Below, in pieces: positions 27,960 to 36,090 of a stretch of DNA of 64,000 nt. The stretch spans positions 1 to 64,000 of the IMG/VR virus record IMGVR_UViG_3300030012_005163. One strand, written 5' to 3'. This DNA is from a virus. Every line of letters starts with the position of its first letter. Within the stretch, counting starts at the first letter, position 1. Under the pieces are notes generated by a model. It made no database searches and was not told where the DNA came from. It was given only the letters and a program-made list of their open reading frames with translations. Made by a program: the position numbers and the translations under genes.

Positions 27960-29216
27960 TTAAAACATCAAATTTTTTGCAGGTTCTTTTTTATTTATTA
28001 ATGATTTGTAAAGTAATAATCGTTTTTCACAAACAGATTTCATATCATATTTACCATTTACTTTTTTATATAGATTCTCACCTAATTTTTCGATTTCTTT
28101 AGGATTTTCAATTAAATATTTAATATGTTTAAACCAAAACTTATGATTTTTATTTTCAGGTATTAATATACCATTACATTTCTCAGTATTATAATTACCT
28201 CCTCTTTCATATGCATTTTCAATGTCTATTTGATAAGGTCCAAAATCTTGTCCTATTAAAGCTTTCTTATGAAATCCAGCTTCTATTACTTTTAACTGAG
28301 ATTTAACTCTATTAAAGTCACTTTCTTTAAGTGGTGCTAAAGAAACATCAAATAGATTATAATTAGATGCGTAACTAGTAATTGGTTTAGTCCATATTCT
28401 TCTATAGGGTTCATTTTTTACGTTTTCATATTCTTTCTTTTCAAATTTAAGTAAAAAATCTTTATATTCTGGACTAACAATTTTATAATTATCAGTAAAT
28501 ATTTTTTCGTATTTATACCATACACTTTCTTTTGGTTTAATAGGTCTTTGTTTTTGTTTACCAGTTTCTCTATCAATTACAGTCATAGTTCCTCTTAAAT
28601 CATATCCACATAATACAAATTGTACTTTATCTATTAAACCTGCAGATTTGATACTACTTACTACACCAGATAAAATTTCTAAATCTTTTAAGTGAGAAGA
28701 TCCACCTAACCAACCTATACGAACTCTATCACTTTTTTCTGTATTACTTTTATATTGTTTTTCTTCTGGATTAATTGCGTTAGGTAAAACAAATACATTT
28801 TGATTAAATTTTGTTATTTCTTTCGCAAAAATAGGTGTAGTTGTAGTTATGTTACGAGCAATTTTTAAATTATCTGCAATCTTTTTATTTAATTTTTGTT
28901 GTTTAATAATTGCCCAAGCTGGGTGATCAGGACCCGGTGCCCAATGATCATCAATATCCATAATAGTGGTTATACCTAACTCATCACATCTCTTAAGAAC
29001 AGACTCTATTTTTTCATATGGACCTAATGTTCTATGGTAATGAATTAAATCATATTGTTTTAAGAAATCATCACTCTCCAAATCTGGCTCATAATCTATA
29101 TCTACATAAAAGTCGTTAGGATAATATTCTTGTAATTTAATGTGGGGTATTGTAGAACGGTAATAAGATACACCTGTTCTATCACTAGGTACTACTAAAA
29201 TTTTTAATTTACTCAT
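27960..29216 (-). CDS. Glycosyltransferase, GT-B fold (GT4-like)
   Basis: GVSYYRSTIPH, RIGWLGGSSHLKDL and FDVSLAPLKESDFNRVKSQLKVIEAG. Confidence 0.8.
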   Translation of the reverse strand: MSKLKILVVPSDRTGVSYYRSTIPHIKLQEYYPNDFYVDIDYEPDLESDDFLKQYDLIHYHRTLGPYEKIESVLKRCDELGITTIMDIDDHWAPGPDHPAWAIIKQQKLNKKIADNLKIARNITTTTPIFAKEITKFNQNVFVLPNAINPEEKQYKSNTEKSDRVRIGWLGGSSHLKDLEILSGVVSSIKSAGLIDKVQFVLCGYDLRGTMTVIDRETGKQKQRPIKPKESVWYKYEKIFTDNYKIVSPEYKDFLLKFEKKEYENVKNEPYRRIWTKPITSYASNYNLFDVSLAPLKESDFNRVKSQLKVIEAGFHKKALIGQDFGPYQIDIENAYERGGNYNTEKCNGILIPENKNHKFWFKHIKYLIENPKEIEKLGENLYKKVNGKYDMKSVCEKRLLLYKSLINKKEPAKNLMF

Positions 29217-29230
29217 AATAAAGTTTTTTT

Positions 29231-29261
29231 AAAATATAAGTAAAAAAACTTTATTAATAAA
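29231..29261 (-). promoter_or_regulatory. Degenerate Bacteroidota-type promoter ahead of the glycosylation cluster
   Basis: Minus strand TTTA, 19 nt, TATATTTT, ending 14 nt before the ATG at 29216. Confidence 0.4.
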
Positions 29262-29267
29262 TGTTAT

Positions 29268-30245
29268 TTATAAATTTTTTACAACGTTTGTTTTAAAATC
29301 TTTTTTATAGGGTTCTAAATCTATAGGCTCAATCGGTATCGCTTTTATTTCTTCTTCAATAGGTGTAGTATAATAATATGGTCCCCATTCAGTATATCCC
29401 TCACCAATACCAAAAATACCAATATCTGGAAAACGATTTTGTGCGAATAGTAATCTAACAAAATTATCTTTTAATTGAAAACCTACATCGATAAAACTAT
29501 CAATATACTGATATTTAGTACTTAAGTTAACAGATTCTATTTTAATATTCACATATCTATCATCTACGATCTCTATGGAAACCGTACCGGAACCATAAAC
29601 TTCGAAGTAAATAGCACCACCTATATTTAAATCTCCGTTAATAGAAATATTGATTGTACCATCATTTAAATTATAATCTTTAAATATAATCTCATTTATT
29701 TCATATTTAACATCAACATTTCTTAATTTATTCCATTGTGTTTTTACAAATCCAACATTAACCGGTGATTTAACAGGTAAAAATTCACCTAATTTAGTTT
29801 TATCGTCAAAAGGTAATTGATTGTTAACTGCCGTATTTATAAGGTTTATTATTAAATCTTTATTTTCTCGTGTAGATAAAATTTCTACGATGTCTTCTGT
29901 CTTACCCTCAACAAACTTTATAATGTTTGAGACTGCTTTTGCGTAATCTATACCAAATTGATCACCGTTAGTTTCAAATCCAAAGTCAGATAGTACTTTT
30001 GATAGGTCTTCTACACTATTAATAGTATTATTATCACCCATTAAATAAACACCTAGTGCTTTTGCAGTCATATCACCAAATCCAGGCGCACCAGTATCTA
30101 TGCCCGTATGTTTTTCTATAAATTTTTGTATTTCATAATAATTGGGTCCTGGTAATTCTTGTTCTGTAACTATATTACCGTATAATCTTTCTTCATTAAA
30201 TAAAGATTTTATTCTAATAATTTCACTTAGAAAATGTTTTTCCAT
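29268..30245 (-). CDS. Hypothetical late protein (325 aa), possible peptidoglycan-binding-like helices
   Basis: N-terminus EIIRIKSLFNE...IVTE; EIQKFI...GFGDMTAKAL resembles a PG_binding_1 repeat; late motif upstream. Confidence 0.45.
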   Translation of the reverse strand: MEKHFLSEIIRIKSLFNEERLYGNIVTEQELPGPNYYEIQKFIEKHTGIDTGAPGFGDMTAKALGVYLMGDNNTINSVEDLSKVLSDFGFETNGDQFGIDYAKAVSNIIKFVEGKTEDIVEILSTRENKDLIINLINTAVNNQLPFDDKTKLGEFLPVKSPVNVGFVKTQWNKLRNVDVKYEINEIIFKDYNLNDGTINISINGDLNIGGAIYFEVYGSGTVSIEIVDDRYVNIKIESVNLSTKYQYIDSFIDVGFQLKDNFVRLLFAQNRFPDIGIFGIGEGYTEWGPYYYTTPIEEEIKAIPIEPIDLEPYKKDFKTNVVKNL

Positions 30246-30249
30246 AATA

Positions 30250-30257
30250 ATAAATAT
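30250..30257 (-). promoter_or_regulatory. Candidate late promoter ATATTTAT
   Basis: Only 4 nt before the minus-strand ATG at 30245. Confidence 0.4.
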
Positions 30258-30275
30258 ATTTTTTTTTAATAAAAA

Positions 30276-30306
30276 TTTGGTGGTTTAAATTTTTTTTGTA
30301 TATTTG
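30276..30306 (+). promoter_or_regulatory. Bacteroidota-type promoter
   Basis: TTTG (30276-79), 19 nt, TATATTTG (30299-306). Confidence 0.8.
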
Positions 30307-30334
30307 TCACATCAAACCACTAAATGTTAATAAT

Positions 30335-30862
30335 ATGTTAAATTTATCAGATTACTCAAAAATTTATAAAACAACTTTTAAAAATGGGGATGTTCATTTT
30401 GGTAGAGTTGTATCCTCTAAAAAATATTCACCTAAAATTTATTTGAATGATCAAATTAGTAAAGTCAAATCTAATAGTAAAAACCCTAATAGAATTAATA
30501 TGACTACTGAGTTTGAGTTGAGGGTACAAAGAGAGATAGATACTGTTAAATGTGAAATAGTTTTTGAGGGTTTGACTGCGGAATGTTGTCAAAAAAAGGA
30601 TTCTTTGATATATAATAGTAAACAATGTATTAATTACAGAAAAAGTGTAATGAATAAAAAAAGAGTTGACGTACCAAGAACGATTAAAAAGGATTATGTT
30701 AAAAAATTAATTAATCCTACTACTAAAGAAATTTTTTATTACGTAGATTGGAGTTGGGCTAAGTCTCATCCATATTTCTCTAAACACATATCAATCGATA
30801 AATCTCATCCATTACACCCTAATTTTAAAAAATTGACAATAGAAAATATAAAAATCTTATAA
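30335..30862 (+). CDS. Hypothetical protein, possibly degenerate GIY-YIG-like (start revised to 30335)
   Basis: The tracked ATG at 30296 lies inside the promoter, so the next ATG (MLNLSDY) is preferred. KIYKTTFKNGDVHFGR resembles IYxIxNxxNGKxYIG. Confidence 0.45.
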   Translation: MLNLSDYSKIYKTTFKNGDVHFGRVVSSKKYSPKIYLNDQISKVKSNSKNPNRINMTTEFELRVQREIDTVKCEIVFEGLTAECCQKKDSLIYNSKQCINYRKSVMNKKRVDVPRTIKKDYVKKLINPTTKEIFYYVDWSWAKSHPYFSKHISIDKSHPLHPNFKKLTIENIKIL

Positions 30863-30866
30863 AAAA

Positions 30867-30898
30867 TTTGGTAGATTAAAAAATTTTTTGTAATTTAG
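30867..30898 (+). promoter_or_regulatory. Bacteroidota-type promoter
   Basis: TTTG (30867-70), 20 nt, TAATTTAG (30891-98). Confidence 0.7.
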
Positions 30899-30919
30899 TA
30901 TTATAAAAATTAAACAACT

Positions 30920-31204
30920 ATGAAATATTTTAATAGACACGAATGTATGGGTAAAAAAACCCTAAGAAGTATTAGTGAGGCAACAACAGAACTATTCGGC
31001 ATAGATGGTGTTAGTCCTTTTGGTGGTGTAGGTAATATGTTATACGGTTTGTATGACGGTTTTGACTACTCAGATAAAATTCGTTCACACGAAGATATGG
31101 AAACCATTAAAAGTCAAAAAATGGATTTGTATGAAAAGATTTTAAATATCTGTAAGGATGTAGATACATACCCTAAACACGAACATGATGTAACCGTACA
31201 TTAA
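30920..31204 (+). CDS. Hypothetical protein (94 aa), likely early
   Basis: ORF track; own promoter 21 nt upstream. Confidence 0.55.
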   Translation: MKYFNRHECMGKKTLRSISEATTELFGIDGVSPFGGVGNMLYGLYDGFDYSDKIRSHEDMETIKSQKMDLYEKILNICKDVDTYPKHEHDVTVH

Positions 31205-31220
31205 AAAAACTTCTAAAAAG

Positions 31221-31251
31221 TTTGGCAGTTTAAAAATTTTTTGTATCTTTA
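31221..31251 (+). promoter_or_regulatory. Bacteroidota-type promoter
   Basis: TTTG (31221-24), 19 nt, TATCTTTA (31244-51). Confidence 0.7.
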
Positions 31252-31271
31252 CAATATCAAATCAAATAACT

Positions 31272-31838
31272 ATGGGAAATTCAGAAATCACAATCAGAGT
31301 ACAAAATTACAACGGTAATAACGGATTTATTAATTCATTACAGAATGGGTTAAAAAAATATGGTAAATTAACCGAAAGACAACTTTTGGCGGCAGGTAAA
31401 TTTTTTACTAAACTTAATAACTCAACTCAAACACAACAACCTAAAGAGGTTAATGTGGATATCAAAATTACTAAATTCATTGCTAAGAGAGTTGCGGAAG
31501 AGAATGAATTAGAGTTTAGACCTTTTTTAATGACTATTAGTAAGGTTTTGAAAGAGACTGAAAGAGCGTATCAAGTAGTTGGTAAACTAACTGTTTCAGA
31601 TGTTTCATCTTGTAGAGTGTGTGGTAGAGATTTAACGGATTGGAGATCACAGGCGACTGGTGTAGGACCAGTTTGTTCCAAAACATTAGGTATACCATAT
31701 GTAAAGAATGAATTAGATGTTGCAGTTTATAAGAAACTACTTAAAATGAAAATTGATAAAATTGGAGATTTAACTTTTTGGTTGGCAAAATCACAAATTG
31801 TCGAAGGAAAAGAAGATTTAGAAAATAGTTTAAAATAA
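31272..31838 (+). CDS. Zinc-finger protein (DUF6011-like)
   Basis: CRVCGRDLTDWRSQATGVGPVC matches CxxCGRxLT-x3-S-x3-GxGPxC; N-terminal FINSL...GKLTERQ helical motif. Confidence 0.7.
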   Translation: MGNSEITIRVQNYNGNNGFINSLQNGLKKYGKLTERQLLAAGKFFTKLNNSTQTQQPKEVNVDIKITKFIAKRVAEENELEFRPFLMTISKVLKETERAYQVVGKLTVSDVSSCRVCGRDLTDWRSQATGVGPVCSKTLGIPYVKNELDVAVYKKLLKMKIDKIGDLTFWLAKSQIVEGKEDLENSLK

Positions 31839-31866
31839 AAAAACCCTCTTCGGAGGGTTTCTTTTT
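31838..31866. terminator. Bidirectional intrinsic terminator with C(UUCG)G tetraloop
   Basis: AAACCCTC-TTCG-GAGGGTTT flanked by A and T runs, between convergent genes. Confidence 0.9.
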
Positions 31867-32425
31867 ATACTCTTTTTTTCTTTTTTGTTGGTAGTGGTTT
31901 TAATTTACCACCGAATATTGTATCACCTATTTTGATTTTAATATCTTCAGTTACTAAAGATTTATCTAAATACTCTTCTACAACCTCTTTAACTACATCC
32001 CCTATCTCTTCTCTAACTATTTGTCTAATATCATTAGTTTCATAATTAGATGTGGGTGTTGGTAGTGGTTGTTGTGTGGGAACACTTTCATTTACTAAGT
32101 CTTGTACATCTGATAATTCAAAAGTATGATTAGGAGACTCAGGAATCTCTATTGGGTTATTAACCATTGCATCTAATACTTCTTTAGGCATCTTAGATGT
32201 TTTTAAATTCCTATATTGTCCATTTTGTGGTGCTACTGACCTAGTACTACCCTTAGAATGTCTACTAATGTAATCTTCTGTTAAGTTCGGTATTTCTTTT
32301 TCTTCAGATGAAAAAGAATTACCACCTTGTGTATTTTTAATAGTAGAACCATGATTTTCATCAGTTTTTTGCATTACCGCTTTAGATCTACTTAATATTT
32401 CTGCTAATTTACTTGCGTTACTCAT
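31865..32425 (-). CDS. Hypothetical protein (186 aa)
   Basis: ORF track; last gene of a minus-strand late operon. Confidence 0.55.
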   Translation of the reverse strand: MSNASKLAEILSRSKAVMQKTDENHGSTIKNTQGGNSFSSEEKEIPNLTEDYISRHSKGSTRSVAPQNGQYRNLKTSKMPKEVLDAMVNNPIEIPESPNHTFELSDVQDLVNESVPTQQPLPTPTSNYETNDIRQIVREEIGDVVKEVVEEYLDKSLVTEDIKIKIGDTIFGGKLKPLPTKKKKRV

Positions 32426-32427
32426 AA

Positions 32428-32796
32428 TTATTCAAATTTTGTTATATAATATATGTTTGTCATATCTTTATCTCCTGTTGGGTTAAATAGTGGTTTAGCT
32501 TCATTAAACGTACCACCTAATGTTCTCATATTTTGCATTCTATCAGTCCTAAATAATTTCCAACCTGGTTGTATAGTTTTTGTGTCACCACCTACTTGAT
32601 ACACCCTTATTACTTCGTTTCCCGCTTTAGATACTCCATAACAATATATTTGTACCCATCTTTTTCCTTTTCCACCTGGATCTTCTTCATCATCATAGTT
32701 TAACTCAATAATTCTACGTTTACGCATAGCATTCATTATGTCACCCTTAGCGGCAACTTCTAATATAAGACTTTCTGCTAAATTGTAAAGTTTCAT
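32428..32796 (-). CDS. Standalone WYL-like domain protein
   Basis: IELNYDD...KRWVQIYCYG...IRVYQ...WKLFRTDRMQNM...F follows the WYL pattern Y-x(n)-R-x-P...FRxDRI. Confidence 0.6.
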   Translation of the reverse strand: MKLYNLAESLILEVAAKGDIMNAMRKRRIIELNYDDEEDPGGKGKRWVQIYCYGVSKAGNEVIRVYQVGGDTKTIQPGWKLFRTDRMQNMRTLGGTFNEAKPLFNPTGDKDMTNIYYITKFE

Positions 32797-32802
32797 TATG
32801 AT

Positions 32803-33117
32803 TTAAGTAGCTTTAAATTGATTTTTATTACCATCTGTTGATGGTGTCTCATATGGTTTTTCTGCACTATACTTATTTTTTGCAATATTTGCAATTCTAC
32901 CAGAACCTGGTTCGTTAGATGAACCTATTTCATCACTTAATGAACCACCATTATATGTATCTAAAAAATTGCCTGTACCTTTACCTTTATTATCCCCATC
33001 TGATTTAGCATTAGGGTGTTTAGCGCCATATTGGTTTCCTTCACCATTCTGATAAGTATTTTTGATTATATTGTCTGTTCTGAATTGTTTACCTAATTCT
33101 TCTAATTTACTCGCCAT
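32803..33117 (-). CDS. Hypothetical Gly/Asn-rich protein (104 aa)
   Basis: ORF track; tight operon packing. Confidence 0.5.
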   Translation of the reverse strand: MASKLEELGKQFRTDNIIKNTYQNGEGNQYGAKHPNAKSDGDNKGKGTGNFLDTYNGGSLSDEIGSSNEPGSGRIANIAKNKYSAEKPYETPSTDGNKNQFKAT

Positions 33118-33121
33118 TTTT

Positions 33122-33658
33122 TTATTTTTTATAATTATACGTTATTAATTTCTTTATTTTTTTTACTTCTTCGTAAACTGGTTTACCTCTAGATATTTGT
33201 CCACTAATGTCTTTATGTATTTTAGGTAAATTTATTTTTAAAGTTTCTCTATTAACTTTATTAACATCTTTGTTATGAGATTTAATGAATTGGTTAGATA
33301 ATCCTGTTTCCATTTTTATCTTTTTAGGTGCTTTAATTGCGGCAGTTTCTCTATTTAATGTAGAGTCTACCCAATTATGCATTGTTTTTCCACCATTTAA
33401 TCTATATTCCATATCATCCGTACTACCTTCAAATGTATCAAACCAATTTTTAATTCTTTTCATTTGTGAGTATTCTATTAGATTGTTATTTAATATTCCT
33501 TTAGCTCTTTTATATCCCTCACTTGTTTTACCATTTTTATTTAATGCTTCATATCTTTTTACTGCAGAATTAATTGCATTGGTTACATATTCAGGACATG
33601 ACCAATATTTGCCACGTAATTCACTATTACCACCTTTATTCTCCTTCCTGTTCGCCAT
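33122..33658 (-). CDS. Hypothetical basic protein (178 aa)
   Basis: ORF track; start overlaps the end of the upstream gene. Confidence 0.5.
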   Translation of the reverse strand: MANRKENKGGNSELRGKYWSCPEYVTNAINSAVKRYEALNKNGKTSEGYKRAKGILNNNLIEYSQMKRIKNWFDTFEGSTDDMEYRLNGGKTMHNWVDSTLNRETAAIKAPKKIKMETGLSNQFIKSHNKDVNKVNRETLKINLPKIHKDISGQISRGKPVYEEVKKIKKLITYNYKK

Positions 33659-34319
33659 ATTTAATTTTATCCCCTAAAATTTCTTTATGTTTTTCACTAA
33701 TTAAATCTATTTTTACATTTTTAATTAAATGATTTAATAAAATTGCCAATTCTTCACCATTTAATTCTTCTTTTTCAACTAGACTTAATAAATGATTTAA
33801 CTTGTGAATAACCATAGGTTTTTCAAAAGTTTTTTTTAATTCACTTATATCTGCAATTTCTATTTCATCCCCAACTAAATCTTGTTCGTTAGTTTTTTTT
33901 ACCATTCCACTATCTGTCTTTTTCGATAAAAACATCTCATCGACTAATCCTTTCATTTTATTTTCTTCTAAAAAATCATAATTAAATTCAATATCATGAA
34001 ATGCTTCCAAATCTTGTATTGCTTCTGGTGAAATATTTTCTTCTATTTTCTCTTCTTCATTAACAACATAACTATAATTTATACCATAATAAGGACCACC
34101 ATATATAAAGTAAGCTTCAGGACCCTGTGTTGCTGCCCTAGCAAAATCATCACTAGTCTTTTTAGATTTAATAACCGAAGGAGTTGCCCTATAATTATCA
34201 TCTTTGTTAATTAATGAACCATCGATGTCAACTAACTCATTAACTTCTTCTTCGTCAATGACATTTTTCTTTTCATTAATATATTTATGAATATCGGACT
34301 TTTTATATGTTTTATTCAT
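33636..34319 (-). CDS. Hypothetical acidic late protein (227 aa)
   Basis: ORF track; late motif 16 nt upstream. Confidence 0.55.
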   Translation of the reverse strand: MNKTYKKSDIHKYINEKKNVIDEEEVNELVDIDGSLINKDDNYRATPSVIKSKKTSDDFARAATQGPEAYFIYGGPYYGINYSYVVNEEEKIEENISPEAIQDLEAFHDIEFNYDFLEENKMKGLVDEMFLSKKTDSGMVKKTNEQDLVGDEIEIADISELKKTFEKPMVIHKLNHLLSLVEKEELNGEELAILLNHLIKNVKIDLISEKHKEILGDKIKYGEQEGE

Positions 34320-34335
34320 GTTTAAAGTTTTTTAT

Positions 34336-34364
34336 ATAAATATAACAGAAAACTAAATATTTAT
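34336..34364. promoter_or_regulatory. Divergent pair of candidate late promoters ATATTTAT
   Basis: Minus copy at 34336-34343 (16 nt to ATG 34319) and plus copy at 34357-34364 (16 nt to ATG 34381). Confidence 0.65.
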
Positions 34365-34380
34365 TAATAAAGATAAAAAT

Positions 34381-36063
34381 ATGTCGGATTGTGAAAAGAA
34401 ATTTATAACTCAAGTAGACTTAGCGAGACAAGCAAATATCATAACAGGTAATACTGCCTGTTTTGATGGTAAAATACAGGCAGGTATACCATTTAGTGAA
34501 TACCCAACTGGTATCGATTTGAGTACGGTTACATTATTAAACCCAACAGATGGGGATGTACAAACGGCAGTTTTAAGTGGTAATAACATTACTACCTTAT
34601 TTGACGTTTCTAATCCTGCATCACCAAGTTTTATTCCGTCTATGTTTACTGGTACTTCACAAGAAGGTATACCCTATAGTTCTTTAACTTGGACAAATCC
34701 ACTTTATTCTGCTAGTACTAGCGGATTGACATTACCTATAACTATTGGGTATACGGGTGAAACAACTATTGGTCCTTATTGGGATATTACTATTTCAGGA
34801 ATGAATGGGACACACCCTATAGCTTTAGAATATAGTGGTTATAGTATTCAGTATGCATTTTATGATTTATTTGGTGATATAAGTGGGAGTACTTTTCCAC
34901 CTCCACCTTTTTCTGCCACCGTATACACCTCAATGACTGGTTTAGTAACGGCAACTTATTTAGCATATTCCGCAGCGTCTTTAGATTATACCGGACCTTT
35001 AGATTACTTAAGGAGTAAAGAAGATGCAACTATAGATAATAAATTAACTACTAAACAAATAAGAGTTACGGAAGGTGCGTCTTTAGGTACTATAGGTTAT
35101 GTGTTAACACAAGCAGAAAGTGACGGTACTGCAATATGGGCACCAGCATCTGGTGGGACATCAGGTTTAACTAATATATTTGTAACCGGTGGTACTTTAA
35201 CTGGGGACGAGTTAACATTAACAAGAAATGATGATGTAGAAATAGATATTGATTTAAGTGGGTTATCGGGTGGTACTATACCTAATTATGTAAATAGTGC
35301 TTCAACTACTTCTACAGTTGGTGGTATTACGGTAGGTAGTTCATTTCCTGCACCTGGTAAAACAATGCAAGAAATGTGGGACTTACTATTATATCCATAC
35401 CAACCACCAGCATTTACCAGTTTTAATCAAGGAGGACTTTTATCAGAATATGAATTAGGGCAAACAATATCGATTGGTGCACAAACTTTTACATGGGGTA
35501 CTAGTAATAGTGGTAACGTTGCAGATGGAATTCTAGGTAGTATTGAAATAAAAGAAGCAGATCCTGTAACTACGATAGCTAATTCATTAACTAATGATGG
35601 GACAGAAAGTATTATATTAACTAACGCAATGGGGCAAAATACTATTGGTTCTAAATTACTCTATACTATATTTGGTGAAAACACTATTGGTGGTACATTT
35701 AGTAGAACTTTATCTAGAACTTGGAAAGTTCAATGGTATTATGGTAAAAACGCTAATACTTCTATTACTTCAGGGCAAATGACGGCATTAGCAGGAAATG
35801 ATTTAGTAACTGGCGTTGTTAATGCATACGTAACACAACCAGCTACTGGTGGTGCGGAATATATGTATTGGTGTATTCCTGATATATTAGCACAACCTAC
35901 TGATATTAGAGATTCGGTTGCAGGATGTTTTGGAACTAACATACCTTATACCACATTATCTGATATACCAATAACAAACGCATTTGGTGTGGCAGTAAAC
36001 TATAAGATATATAGATCTGTTAATCCAACTAGTGCAGCATTTAACACATGGTTATGTAGTTAA
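34381..36063 (+). CDS. Putative tail/fibre-associated structural protein (560 aa)
   Basis: Thr/Ser/Gly-rich; shares the IFVTGGTLTG-L-L-RND fibre module with neighbours; late motif upstream. Confidence 0.6.
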   Translation: MSDCEKKFITQVDLARQANIITGNTACFDGKIQAGIPFSEYPTGIDLSTVTLLNPTDGDVQTAVLSGNNITTLFDVSNPASPSFIPSMFTGTSQEGIPYSSLTWTNPLYSASTSGLTLPITIGYTGETTIGPYWDITISGMNGTHPIALEYSGYSIQYAFYDLFGDISGSTFPPPPFSATVYTSMTGLVTATYLAYSAASLDYTGPLDYLRSKEDATIDNKLTTKQIRVTEGASLGTIGYVLTQAESDGTAIWAPASGGTSGLTNIFVTGGTLTGDELTLTRNDDVEIDIDLSGLSGGTIPNYVNSASTTSTVGGITVGSSFPAPGKTMQEMWDLLLYPYQPPAFTSFNQGGLLSEYELGQTISIGAQTFTWGTSNSGNVADGILGSIEIKEADPVTTIANSLTNDGTESIILTNAMGQNTIGSKLLYTIFGENTIGGTFSRTLSRTWKVQWYYGKNANTSITSGQMTALAGNDLVTGVVNAYVTQPATGGAEYMYWCIPDILAQPTDIRDSVAGCFGTNIPYTTLSDIPITNAFGVAVNYKIYRSVNPTSAAFNTWLCS

Positions 36064-36090
36064 TAAAAATATGAATAAAATTAATTAAAT

